From positions 2,304,001-2,368,000 of the forward strand of contig OZ219926.1 in assembly GCA_964291405.2 (NCBI GenBank): 64,000 bases of DNA, written 5' to 3'. The translations under genes were made by a program, and so were the position numbers. The notes beneath the pieces were generated by a model. That model was not told where the DNA came from. It made no database searches and was given only the letters and a program-made list of their open reading frames with translations. This stretch comes from Thermodesulfobacteriota bacterium. Its GTDB lineage: Bacteria; Desulfobacterota; Binatia; Bin18. This document shows, in pieces, positions 1 through 9,640 of the stretch (positions are counted from its first letter, which is position 1; every line of letters begins with the position of its first letter).

Positions 1-513
1 GTGCGTGCCCTCCTGCTGACCCACCAACCCGCAGACCCTCCGATCGGCCTCTTTCATGGCGACTATCAAGGGACCAATCTACTGTTTGACAAAAAGAAGG
101 AACCTGTCCGTCCTCAACCGGCAGATGCGGGACAGGTTTCCTCTTTACAGCCCGCGGGCGAGCAACTGGTGGCCCTCCTGGATTGGGAGATTTCCGGTAT
201 CAGCGGACATCTCCTCGATCTCGGCTGGCTGCTGGTCTTTATTGACCCGGAAAGCTGGGATACCGAACGCCGTCCAATCTCAACCATCCCGCCGATTGAC
301 GCGCTCGTGGCCTTGTATGAAGACGGCATGCAACGCAAGGTCCCCGATATCAATTGGTATCGCGCCTTGGCTGGCTATCGCTTTGGCGCAATCAGTTGTT
401 TTAATGTGATGCTGCACCGTCGCGGCAAGCGCCACGATCCCGAGTGGGACCTGATCGCCCCATCGGTCAAGACGCTTTTTGGCCGGGCCAAGGAATTGCT
501 GCTCAGAGGTTAA
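1..513 (+). CDS. Aminoglycoside phosphotransferase (APH)-family protein, 5'-truncated by window edge
   Basis: HGDY...N and LLDWE motifs, DLGW; carries an in-frame palindromic insertion at 93-146. Confidence 0.85.
   Translation: MRALLLTHQPADPPIGLFHGDYQGTNLLFDKKKEPVRPQPADAGQVSSLQPAGEQLVALLDWEISGISGHLLDLGWLLVFIDPESWDTERRPISTIPPIDALVALYEDGMQRKVPDINWYRALAGYRFGAISCFNVMLHRRGKRHDPEWDLIAPSVKTLFGRAKELLLRG
93..146 (-). repeat. 54-bp palindromic element family A, divergent copy, in frame within CDS
   Basis: Arms AAAGAAGGAACCTGTCC / GGACAGGTTTCCTCTTT, 20-nt loop ending GCAGATGC as in the copy at 43727. Confidence 0.75.
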
Positions 514-531
514 AATTCTTGAGTACAACGG

Positions 532-2853
532 CTAAAGGCGTGCAGCAGGGCGGTGGTGCGGGGCCGGCTGAGAAAATTTCCACTGAAAAAATTTCCACTG
601 AAAAAATTCCCAAGACAGATTGATCCCCAACAGATTATGCAATAAAGACCCCTGATGAGGGAGCGACCGGGCTATGCGGAATCCGATGAGGGTGCTCCGA
701 AAGCCGGCGGTGTTCCGTTCGAGGGAGACCGAAAGGGGATCCCCTGGACTGATGGTCCAGATGGTCCAGGGATAGCCGTGCCAGGTACATTCCGTATAGT
801 CGCTCCATATTTCGTAGCAGTCCTGCAACCATTCCAAGACATTCCCGTTGAAATCGTGGAGACCAACGGTGTTCGGTGAATATTTCCCTACCGGCACCGG
901 CGGCCCCCGATGATACCCCTCCCCATTGTTGCGGTAAACGTTCTCGTTATAGCTCACTTGTAGCAGACCTGTGGTCCTCATTATGGTGTGAATTGAGATG
1001 GGGTTGGCGTCCTTACCCGTGCTAGAGATATAGTTATGCTCCGCTTCACTAAGAAGCCGGTACATCTGGCCCGTCTTCTCCGATATCCACTGCAGATAAC
1101 CCTGGACATCAAACCGATTGACGTTGATCACCGGCTGCTGCCCTCGGCCAAACCCCCGATCGTTCGGCCGGTAACCGCGGCAGCCCCCGTCGGCCACACA
1201 GCGGTCCCAGTCAGCAAACGTGATTTCGTAGATCCCTACAGCAAGCCCTGTCGAAACCACTATTAACTCCGGGCAGGTCGGGCAGTCCCGAAAGCGGGTC
1301 CCCACCGGCCGGTCCACCAGCTCTGGCTTAGTTGGCTCCACGAGCAGATGCTGGCCCAACCGGTAGGCCCTCTCTCCATACGCGACGCTAGACGATACGA
1401 CTTTCTGGACAAGAGGCCCAAGCAGATTATAGCCCAGCCAGTAGCTCGCCCCTACACCCGCGACGATAAGCGCGATCACGGCGCTAGACGATACGACTTT
1501 CTGGACAAGAGGCCAACGAAAGGAGCGGGGTTGGACAGCTCCCTCTACTGCCTCGTCGATCGAGGCGGCTCCTTTTGGCTTAGAGCGTTGCTGCCGTATC
1601 CAGGAGTCGAAACTTTTCTTGCCTTTTCTAGTTCTAGAGGTCTCGGCAGCTCCCTCAGGCTCAAACTCCTCACTCGGCTTGGCGGGCTCATTCCGCTTGG
1701 CGGACGAGATGTCTACCGCCGGCTCGGAGTCCGGCTGGACGGGCTCCGTCGCCCCGGCCTCATCCACCGAGGCCGCTCCCTCAGGCTCATCCACCAAGGC
1801 AGCTCCCTCAGGCTCAAACTCCTCACTCGGCTTGGCGGACGAGATGTCTCTCGCCGGCTCGGAGTCCGGCTGGGCGGGCTCCGTCGCCCCGGCCTCGTCC
1901 GCCGAGATGGCTCCCTCGGGCTCAAGGCCTAGAAGGCTTTCCCACTCTTCTATGCTCCACGGCCTCTCCTCGATAGGGATCCTCATTCCCTTCTCGATCC
2001 CTTCTGACAGTTGCCTACTGTAGTGGAATCTTCTGCCGACGCTCGTGGCCGGATCTATATCCGACTTCCCGGCGTTCAATCTGCTCGCTCGCAGATCCGC
2101 ATTCACGACGGTGCCCCCGATACACTCGTATGCCACCGTTGCCACGATGAAGATATCACTCCAGGGTCCATAAGGATCGGCACTTTTGCCATGTTGCTCC
2201 AGCGGCGCATAGTCCAACGGAGCGGGGGTTAGCTTGAACTTCCTGGCCTCCCGGGCTATCCCAAAGTCCACGATGACCCAGGTGCCATCCTTCCGCCTGA
2301 CCAGATTCTCCGGAGTAAGATCCCGATGATAGACACCCTCCCTATGGATTCTCTTTAGCCCTCCCAGGACGTCTTGCAACAGACGCTTCAATGCGGCCTC
2401 TTCTAATCTCTTTTCCTGATTCAGGGTAGCCCTTAGCGACCCGCCGTCGATGTACTCCAGGGCGAGATAAACCGTGTTGTTGTCTTCAATGCGGCCATAC
2501 ATCGTGTTGATATTCGAATGGTGAAACTTCATCAGGGTGTCAGCCTCAACATGAAAATCCTCCAGCCACTGGTCGTAAAAACCCTCCAAATGGGGCTTTG
2601 CCTCTACTGTCTTGCCATCCCCTCCCCGCTGGGCAATGGGGAGCGGCATATACTCCTTGAGGGCGACGTTGCAATTCTCCCAATGGTCATACGTCCTGTA
2701 GGTAAGAGCGTAACGACCCCGTCCCAGGACATCCAATATCTCGTAACGATCCCGCACCATCGCCCCTTCCGGCAAAGCTTTTCGGTCATCCTCATTACCC
2801 AGCAACATTGCTTTCAGCAAAGCTTCTTGGTCGTCCTTCGGATATTCTGCCAT
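532..2853 (-). CDS. Ser/Thr protein kinase with acidic repeat linker, TM helix and C-terminal FGE-sulfatase (SUMF1) domain
   Basis: VALKE, HRDLTPEN, DFG, YAPLEQ; FRDCPTCPEL, YEITFADW, GLHDFNGNVLEW, GFRIAR. Confidence 0.85.
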   Translation of the reverse strand: MAEYPKDDQEALLKAMLLGNEDDRKALPEGAMVRDRYEILDVLGRGRYALTYRTYDHWENCNVALKEYMPLPIAQRGGDGKTVEAKPHLEGFYDQWLEDFHVEADTLMKFHHSNINTMYGRIEDNNTVYLALEYIDGGSLRATLNQEKRLEEAALKRLLQDVLGGLKRIHREGVYHRDLTPENLVRRKDGTWVIVDFGIAREARKFKLTPAPLDYAPLEQHGKSADPYGPWSDIFIVATVAYECIGGTVVNADLRASRLNAGKSDIDPATSVGRRFHYSRQLSEGIEKGMRIPIEERPWSIEEWESLLGLEPEGAISADEAGATEPAQPDSEPARDISSAKPSEEFEPEGAALVDEPEGAASVDEAGATEPVQPDSEPAVDISSAKRNEPAKPSEEFEPEGAAETSRTRKGKKSFDSWIRQQRSKPKGAASIDEAVEGAVQPRSFRWPLVQKVVSSSAVIALIVAGVGASYWLGYNLLGPLVQKVVSSSVAYGERAYRLGQHLLVEPTKPELVDRPVGTRFRDCPTCPELIVVSTGLAVGIYEITFADWDRCVADGGCRGYRPNDRGFGRGQQPVINVNRFDVQGYLQWISEKTGQMYRLLSEAEHNYISSTGKDANPISIHTIMRTTGLLQVSYNENVYRNNGEGYHRGPPVPVGKYSPNTVGLHDFNGNVLEWLQDCYEIWSDYTECTWHGYPWTIWTISPGDPLSVSLERNTAGFRSTLIGFRIARSLPHQGSLLHNLLGINLSWEFFQWKFFQWKFSQPAPHHRPAARL
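572..611. repeat. 15-bp tandem repeat, about 3 units, in kinase C-terminal tail
   Basis: GAAAAAATTTCCACT-like units; encodes WEFFQWKFFQWKFSQ. Confidence 0.8.
1385..1925. repeat. Intragenic direct repeats in kinase linker
   Basis: GCTAGACGATACGACTTTCTGGACAAGAGGCC twice (PLVQKVVSSS); duplicated AGATEPxQPDSEPA.DISSAK and PSEEFEPEGAA blocks. Confidence 0.85.
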
Positions 2854-3000
2854 TCCGGCCCTCCTCGGTTAGACGATTTCTCCAGATGACTTTCCCCAAT
2901 ATTGCTCAAGCTTCTCCTGCTTTCAATCGTGCCAAATCCTTCCCCTGGCCGACGGATGCACCTACCTCACCGACTGCGCCGGCCGGAACGGCACCTTCAT

Positions 3001-4046
3001 CTACCCAGCCTCGGCCATAATCCGCTGGGCGCGCTGCACGAGTTGGGGCACCTTCCAGGCAAACTCGGCGGCTTTCGGATTGGCCGCGGTGCCTTCGAGA
3101 TAGTGTCGATACAGGCCCTCCAGAATGATGGCGTACTTCCAGACCGCCAAGCAGCGATAAAAGGGAAAGTGTTCCATGGTCCGGCCGGTACGTTGCGCAT
3201 AGCGCGCGGCCATCTCTTCGCGGGATAAAAAACCCGGCAACTGAGTCATGGCATTGCTGTCAATCAGGTCCGGGGTGTCTCGTTCATCACCGGTAGGCCC
3301 CCAGAAGCTGAGCAGCCAGCCGAGGTCGGTTAACGGGTCGCCAAAGTTGCCATTTCCCAGTCGAATATGGCGACCAGGCGGGCCGGTCGAGCCCGAAACA
3401 TCACGTTATCGACTTTATAATCCCCATGCACAAGCGTGGCTTCACTTGTCGGCGGCAGTCGCTGTCGCAACCAGTCGCCGACTTCCTTGAGTCCGGGCAA
3501 TGGCCGGGTGTGTGGCACGGTCAGCGCATACTGTTTGGTCCAGCGTTTGAGCTGGCGTTCAAGATAGCCCTGTGGCTTACCAATGCCTTCGAGGTCCGTA
3601 CCTTGCCATTGCACGGCATGGAGCTCAGCGAGGGCGTCGATTAATTCTTCTCCGAGTCGTTGGCGTTCTTCCTGGGCGGCAAAAACTTCCGGGAGCGTTT
3701 CACGGATCACGATGCCGTCCACACGCTCCATCAGATAAAAAGGAACACCGAGAACGTCCCGATCTTCACACGCAATCACTGGCTGTGGAGTCCGCACGTC
3801 AAAAGCGGACAGAGCAGACAGCACCCGGTATTCGCGCAGCATGTCGTGGGCGGTCGGCAGGAGGTCCCCGCTCGGCGGACGCCGCAAAACCCAGTGTTTG
3901 TCTCCCCAGGAGACAAAAAACGTTTCGTTTGAATAGCCGGCTTCGTGTCGTTCAATCCTGATGTCGCCCTCGGTCAGGGAGAGCCGGTCACGTAGAAAAC
4001 GAATAAGATTTGGCAGGTTAATGAGCGGGCTGTCTTCCTGAACCAT
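3001..4046 (-). pseudogene. APH-family phosphotransferase interrupted by a single-base frameshift near 3340 (pseudogene or sequencing error)
   Basis: N-part has VLRRPP, HDMLRE, HGDYKVDN, DWEMATL; the expected GDPLTDLGWLLSFW continues in a shifted frame into ORF 3001-3249. Confidence 0.85.
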
Positions 4047-4068
4047 TTGTTTCTCTCTGCTCTGTTGT

Positions 4069-5430
4069 TTAGACTTGGTAGGCGGCGTGTTGGCGTCGCC
4101 GGTCACTGATGCGTTCCTCCACCGTTCCCGCGGTAATGACTTCGTACAGAACCGCCTGCTTGCCTTCGCGTTTGCGCAGAATCCGACCCAGACGCTGCAC
4201 GTGCTCGCGGGTGGAACCGGAACCGGACAGCACAATGGCGACACTGGCTTCCGGGATATTCACACCTTCGTTCAGCACTTTTGACGTGGCCAGCGCCAGA
4301 TACTCCCCGCTGTTAAAGGCTTCGAGTATGGCTTTACGTTCCTTTGTCGGCGTTTGGTGGGTGAGGGCTGGAATCAAAAATGCGGCGGAGATTGCGTGAA
4401 CCGTATCGTTATCACTGGTGAAGATAATGGTCCGATCACGGGCGTGCTTTTTCAGCAGGAAATCAAGGGTGCGCAGCTTGGCCTGAGTTCCTAAGGCCAG
4501 TTTTTTCGCCCGCTGGTGGGCCAGCAGAGCGCTCCGACCCTTCCGACTCGTCGCGCTCTCCCGAATAAAGCGATGCCAGCCGGCCAAGCCGTCCAAGACG
4601 ATGCCGTGATCTACAATAAAATCATAGAACGTGCTGCGGGCCTGACGGTATTCCGCTTCTTCTTCTGGCGTGAGCGTGACCTTGAGGCGCTCAACGACAT
4701 AGTCGGACAAATACTCCCCGGCCAACTCGGTAATCCCTTTGGCATACACCCGCGGGCCGATGAGGATATCGAGCAGCGCCTCACGACCGTCGGCGCGTTC
4801 CGGCGTCGCCGTTAACCCTAAGCGATAGGGAGCCAGACACATTTCCGCGGCATGGCTGTACACGTCGCCCGGCAGGTGATGGCATTCGTCAAAGATCACC
4901 AGGCCCCACCTATTACCCAAGCGGTCCATATGCCGATACGCGCTGCTATAGGTTGTCACCGTCAGGTCTTCGATTTCATAATACCCTCCGCCAATAAGCC
5001 CGACCGTTTCACCAAACGCTGCGCACAGCAGGTCGTACCACTGATTCATGAGATCGATCGTTGGGGCAACAACGAGGGTGCTCCGCCGGACAGTTTCTAT
5101 GGCCTTTTGGCCGACATAGCTCTTCCCGGCACCGGTCGGCAGGATGATCGTGCCGCGCCGGCCCGCATTGACCCAGGCCGCAAGCGCGTCTCTCTGAAAC
5201 GGCCGTGGTGTCTGGGTCAACCGGCTGGACAGTGCCAGCGTGCGGTAAGCCGGCGCGGCGTTCGTATAGGAGGCCTCGTGCTGCTTAAAGGTCTCAACCA
5301 CCTGGCGATAGTGATGGGCTTGAGTCCGCCACCGATCAACCCGGCCATCCCACCGAAAGCAGGTGGGAGGGGCAAACTCTTCGGGCGGATCGTAGAGTAC
5401 CAGAGTCCCAAGGTCGAAGGACAGACGCAT
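4069..5430 (-). CDS. XPB/Rad25-like superfamily II helicase
   Basis: LPTGAGKS, DECHH, GLTATPER, QRLGRILR; ATG at 5430 preferred because the upstream extension is repeat-derived. Confidence 0.9.
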   Translation of the reverse strand: MRLSFDLGTLVLYDPPEEFAPPTCFRWDGRVDRWRTQAHHYRQVVETFKQHEASYTNAAPAYRTLALSSRLTQTPRPFQRDALAAWVNAGRRGTIILPTGAGKSYVGQKAIETVRRSTLVVAPTIDLMNQWYDLLCAAFGETVGLIGGGYYEIEDLTVTTYSSAYRHMDRLGNRWGLVIFDECHHLPGDVYSHAAEMCLAPYRLGLTATPERADGREALLDILIGPRVYAKGITELAGEYLSDYVVERLKVTLTPEEEAEYRQARSTFYDFIVDHGIVLDGLAGWHRFIRESATSRKGRSALLAHQRAKKLALGTQAKLRTLDFLLKKHARDRTIIFTSDNDTVHAISAAFLIPALTHQTPTKERKAILEAFNSGEYLALATSKVLNEGVNIPEASVAIVLSGSGSTREHVQRLGRILRKREGKQAVLYEVITAGTVEERISDRRRQHAAYQV

Positions 5431-5437
5431 TGGAGGA

Positions 5438-5495
5438 GGGGGTTGGGGATTAGGGGTTAGGGACTGGGGAGCCCCAACCCCCAACCCCTAATCCC
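5438..5495. repeat. Inverted heptamer tandem array (family C, STRR-like)
   Basis: GGGGGTTGGGGATTAGGGGTTAGGGACTGGGG followed by CCCCAACCCCCAACCCCTAATCCC. Confidence 0.8.
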
Positions 5496-5501
5496 TTCTT
5501 G

Positions 5502-6713
5502 TTACACCACGTGTTTTTCGCGGAGCTGGGCGATCTGCTCGGCACTCAGGCCCACATCGCTCAGAACTTCGTCCGTATGCTGTCCGAGCGCGGGAGCAAA
5601 GGAGCGGATCGATCCGGGTGTGTCCGACAGCTTAATGGCCACGCCAGCCTGGGTCACTTTTCCGGCTTGGGGATGATCGAGCTCGACTGCCATCTCGCGA
5701 TGTTTCACCTGTGGGTCTTCAAAGACTTCAGGTACATCGTAGACTTTTCCGACACACACATCGGCTTGGGTAAAAAAATCGTACCACTCGTCACGTGTTT
5801 TGGTGAGCAGAATATCCTGGAGTTCTTTTTTCACCTGCTGATGACGCTCGGTTGAATGCTGAGAGAAGTCTCCCATCTTCATGCCGCAGTCCTTCCAATC
5901 CGGGCGGTCCAGGGCGTCACAGACATTATTCCACAGCCAGGGCTCGGTGCAGCCGATGGAGAGCTGTTTGCCGTCTTTGGTTTGATACACGCTGTAATAG
6001 GCGAATCCGCCGCCAAAGACCCCCTTGGCCCGACCTGGCATCGTACCATCGGCAAAATAATCGCGGACATTCGGCGTGGCCGCAAGCAACGAAATCGTGG
6101 TGTCCAGGTAAGAAACATCAACCAACTGCCCCTGGCCGGTCTGTTGTCTGGCAAACAGGGCAAACATGATACCAAGCGCGCCGTGCATAGAGGCTCCAGC
6201 ATAGTCGGCAATAATATTCAGCGGAATGGAGGGCGGACCTTCGGGTGGTCCAATCAGGTCCAGCACTCCGCTCAAAGAGAGATAATTCAGGTCGTGGGCC
6301 GGAAAATTACGGTACGGGCCGTCCTGGCCGTAGCCGCTCAAAGAGCAGTAGACGATGCCGGGGTTGATGGCCCGCAGGGTCTCATAGTCGCCGCCCAGCC
6401 GCTGCATCACACCGGGTCGGAAGCCTTCGACCAGCACATCATACTCTTTGGCCAAGGCGTGCAGAACGTCTTGTCCGGCCGGATCCTTCAAATTCAAGGT
6501 GAGGCTCTTTTTGTTCCGATTCGTGAAGCTGGTGGCCAGTTTGCGGGCCTCGTCCAGCTTGGGTGACGCGCCCGAGCCGGCCAGCTTCCCGGTGGGGGGC
6601 GGCTCGATTTTTAATACCTCGGCACCCATGTCCGCCAACATCATGGTACAGAATGCACCCGGCCCGACCCGTGTAAGTTCAAGAACTTTTATGCCATCAA
6701 GCGCTAATGCCAT
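5502..6713 (-). CDS. Family III CoA-transferase (CaiB/BaiF, AMACR-like)
   Basis: LADMGAEVLKIE, NRNKKS, EGFRPGV, HDLNY, IADYAG. Confidence 0.92.
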   Translation of the reverse strand: MALALDGIKVLELTRVGPGAFCTMMLADMGAEVLKIEPPPTGKLAGSGASPKLDEARKLATSFTNRNKKSLTLNLKDPAGQDVLHALAKEYDVLVEGFRPGVMQRLGGDYETLRAINPGIVYCSLSGYGQDGPYRNFPAHDLNYLSLSGVLDLIGPPEGPPSIPLNIIADYAGASMHGALGIMFALFARQQTGQGQLVDVSYLDTTISLLAATPNVRDYFADGTMPGRAKGVFGGGFAYYSVYQTKDGKQLSIGCTEPWLWNNVCDALDRPDWKDCGMKMGDFSQHSTERHQQVKKELQDILLTKTRDEWYDFFTQADVCVGKVYDVPEVFEDPQVKHREMAVELDHPQAGKVTQAGVAIKLSDTPGSIRSFAPALGQHTDEVLSDVGLSAEQIAQLREKHVV

Positions 6714-6879
6714 GCTTCCCTCCTTACGAGAATGAAGAGTATTGTCGGGGACTGTTATAAACGATCCATCCATACGGGCGCTAGAGGTCTGTGGGGGGCA
6801 GGCTTCGGAATTGAGGCCCTCCTCCCTATCTGCTAGCCTAAGATTTCTCTCCTGAAGAGAGCACTAAAGGATCAGGCTG

Positions 6880-8004
6880 GTGACTCCGCAAGAAAAACTG
6901 CAAAAAATCCGTGCAGAACTCCAACATCGCTTTCTCGAACGACACGCCCTCATCGACGGCGCGCTGGCGGCCTTATTAGCATCCCAGCACGTCCTCATTA
7001 TCGGCCCTCCGGGGACGGCCAAGTCGATGCTGGCGGACGAGTTGTGTCGCCGTATTACCGGGGCGCGCTATTTCCAGTGGTTGCTGACGAAATTCACGAC
7101 ACCGGAAGAACTCTTTGGAGCGGTCAGCCTCAAAGCGCTCGAAGCCGACGACTATCGCCGGGTCACGGATAATAAACTGCCCGAGGCGCATATTGCCTTC
7201 TTGGACGAAGTCTTCAAATCCAGCTCCTCGATCTTGAATGCGATCCTCAGCATTATTAACGAGCGGGTCTTTCATAATGGCAAAGAGGCAGCGGCAGTGC
7301 CGCTCCTGACACTCTTCGGGGCGAGCAATGAACTTCCCGAGGACGACGAACTCCTTGCGCTGTACGACCGCTTCCTGCTGCGCTTCGCCGTGGACTATAT
7401 CCAGGAGGATTTTCGCTTTCGCTTTCTGCACATGCTTCAGGCGCAGCGACCGGCTGAACGCACGACGCTGACCCTCGACGAGCTGCGTCAATTGCAAACT
7501 GAGGCGCAAGCCGTCACCGTTCCCGATGCTGTTCTTGGGGTCATCGCCGAGGTCCGCCGGGAGCTGCGGACACAAGATATTCTGGCGTCCGACCGTCGCT
7601 ACCGCCAGAGTGTCGGTCTGCTGCAAGCCGTGGCCAGCCTGGATGGACGCCATGTCGTTACCGAAACCGATGTCTTCTTCCTTGAACACGTTTTGTGGAA
7701 GGAGCCGTCAGAGCAGGCCGCCGTGCATACCGTGATCCATGGCTTGATTCATGGCTATGAGGATGAGGTGCAGGAGCTCCTGTTTCAGACCAGGGAGTTG
7801 CGCGACTATGCCGAGCGGCCCTGGGAGGACGCCGAGCAGCGCGCCCGCGCGATCATCGAGGCGCATACCAAAATTCGGAATATTCTGGTCAAGGTGGAGG
7901 AGATCCACCAACATGTCCAGGAGGTCGGACGCGCCATTGATAAGGTTGAACGGGCGAAACGAGAGATTCAAGAAATCCAGGGCCAGTTATTGGAACGGCT
8001 CTAA
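6880..8004 (+). CDS. MoxR-family AAA+ ATPase, RavA-like
   Basis: GPPGTAKS, FLDEVFK, GASNELP, LYDRF, SDRR. Confidence 0.9.
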   Translation: MTPQEKLQKIRAELQHRFLERHALIDGALAALLASQHVLIIGPPGTAKSMLADELCRRITGARYFQWLLTKFTTPEELFGAVSLKALEADDYRRVTDNKLPEAHIAFLDEVFKSSSSILNAILSIINERVFHNGKEAAAVPLLTLFGASNELPEDDELLALYDRFLLRFAVDYIQEDFRFRFLHMLQAQRPAERTTLTLDELRQLQTEAQAVTVPDAVLGVIAEVRRELRTQDILASDRRYRQSVGLLQAVASLDGRHVVTETDVFFLEHVLWKEPSEQAAVHTVIHGLIHGYEDEVQELLFQTRELRDYAERPWEDAEQRARAIIEAHTKIRNILVKVEEIHQHVQEVGRAIDKVERAKREIQEIQGQLLERL

Positions 8005-8022
8005 GCCCTCCGAAATATTATC

Positions 8023-9618
8023 ATGCCACGCCGCCGTGCCAAGAAAAAATCCCGGTTCAGCCTCCCGCCACCGGAGCCCCTGCCGGATAATGTGTATTGG
8101 GTTGAGAGCGACTCGTATGACCGGGCGGTCTATGAGCAACTCCGCGTCGCCTCCCCCTCTTTACAGCGCCTTGAAGAGAGCGGGGCGCCTCTTCTACCGC
8201 ATTTTCCTGCGCTCTTGCGCGACCTTTTTTGCGCGCTCTTCAAATATAACGTCGTCTTTTTTAAAGCGGACGACGTGCTCCCCAGCGCGGCGGTGAACCG
8301 GGAGTTACTCACCGCGCTGCATAGCGGCGAGTTGGCGAACCTGCTGCGAGAGGCCACCATCCTGGATGAAGGGCAGGCCGGGCTGGCCACCGTGCTCTTG
8401 GGCGAAGGCGCCCTCCGCGTGCTGAAATCCGAAAAGCCGCTGACCCGGCGCGACTTACTCGATGTCTGGAACGTAGAAAAGCAGGAAGCGCTGGCACAGC
8501 AGAACATCGACGAAGCCCAGAATGCAAAAGAACTCGCTGAACAAGCGGATACTGCTGAGGATATATCACAAGAAGTCACAGAGATGCTCGAACAGACGGC
8601 CGAGCGTATGGCCAGTCAGGCACGGGCGGAAGACACCCGGCTGCAACGCCTGGCCAAACAGCTCAACCAAGACCTGTCCCGTGTACAGCAGGAAACCCAC
8701 AATCGTTTTCTCAAAGAAGCGATTGCGGTTGCCCAAAATCTCGATGACGCGACCCAGGAGGCCGAGTCGTGGGGGCTGGTCGTGGGTGGTGGCCATCAAT
8801 CTTCCCCCGGCCGCCAGATTGAGCTGGGCAAGCGGCTGGCTGGGAACGACAAGCTGAAAAAGCTCGCCACCATGGTCGGGCGGATGAAGCACCAGGCGCT
8901 CGCCCTGCGTCGGAAAGACTTTGAACGCACCAATGACGAGGTCTTCGAGGTGGGAGTCGGGGCGGAACTCAGCCGCTTGCTCCCCCACGAGTTGCTGAGC
9001 TTGCAACACCCCCTGTTACGCCAGGACTTTATCCGGCGCTTTGTGGATAGCGAGCTTTTACAGTACGACCTGCGCGGGGTGGAGGCGCAGGGCAAAGGCC
9101 CGCTTATCGTCTGCCTCGACGGCAGCTCATCCATGCAGGGAGACAAAGAAGTCTGGGCCAAGGCGCTCACGTTGACGCTGCTTGAGATTGCCCGGCGCGA
9201 ACGGCGCCGGTTTCGAGCGATTTGTTTCTCGTCCGCGGACGCACCCCTGTACAGCGTCGATCTCAATACGCGGGTGCGCTATGAAGCGGACATGGACAAG
9301 GTTCTGGAGCTAGCCGAATACTTCCCCGGCGGTGGGACCGATTTTGAAAAACCCCTTGACGCGGCCCTGGAGTGCATCCAGGAATCTCGTTTCCAGCGGA
9401 GTGATATCGTGTTTATTACCGACGGCGAATGCCGGGTCCATGCAGACTGGGCTGAACGCTTTACCACGGAGAAGAACGCGCTCGGCTTCTCGCTCTTCTC
9501 GATTCTGATCGACATTGGCACCAGCTCGCTTGGTTCGCTCAAACCTTTCAGCGATAAAATTACGACGGTCTCGCAGCTGACTAGTAAAGAGGCCAGAGAC
9601 GTGTTTGTCAAATTGTAG
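8023..9618 (+). CDS. VWA-domain protein, ViaA-like partner of the MoxR ATPase
   Basis: RLLPHEL, CLDGSSSM MIDAS, GGGTDF, FITDG. Confidence 0.88.
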   Translation: MPRRRAKKKSRFSLPPPEPLPDNVYWVESDSYDRAVYEQLRVASPSLQRLEESGAPLLPHFPALLRDLFCALFKYNVVFFKADDVLPSAAVNRELLTALHSGELANLLREATILDEGQAGLATVLLGEGALRVLKSEKPLTRRDLLDVWNVEKQEALAQQNIDEAQNAKELAEQADTAEDISQEVTEMLEQTAERMASQARAEDTRLQRLAKQLNQDLSRVQQETHNRFLKEAIAVAQNLDDATQEAESWGLVVGGGHQSSPGRQIELGKRLAGNDKLKKLATMVGRMKHQALALRRKDFERTNDEVFEVGVGAELSRLLPHELLSLQHPLLRQDFIRRFVDSELLQYDLRGVEAQGKGPLIVCLDGSSSMQGDKEVWAKALTLTLLEIARRERRRFRAICFSSADAPLYSVDLNTRVRYEADMDKVLELAEYFPGGGTDFEKPLDAALECIQESRFQRSDIVFITDGECRVHADWAERFTTEKNALGFSLFSILIDIGTSSLGSLKPFSDKITTVSQLTSKEARDVFVKL

Positions 9619-9640
9619 CGAGGAGAGGGAGCGCTCCGGT

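Noticed and set aside
5431-5484. N-terminal ORF extensions such as MGVGAPQSLTPNPQPPP and MAATAIGRKSKRVQ (43690-43803)
   Set aside because: These are read-through of repeat elements upstream of better-supported start codons.
7411-7425. TTTCGC duplication giving FRFRF in the MoxR ATPase
   Set aside because: A single 6-bp in-frame duplication, with no sign of functional significance.
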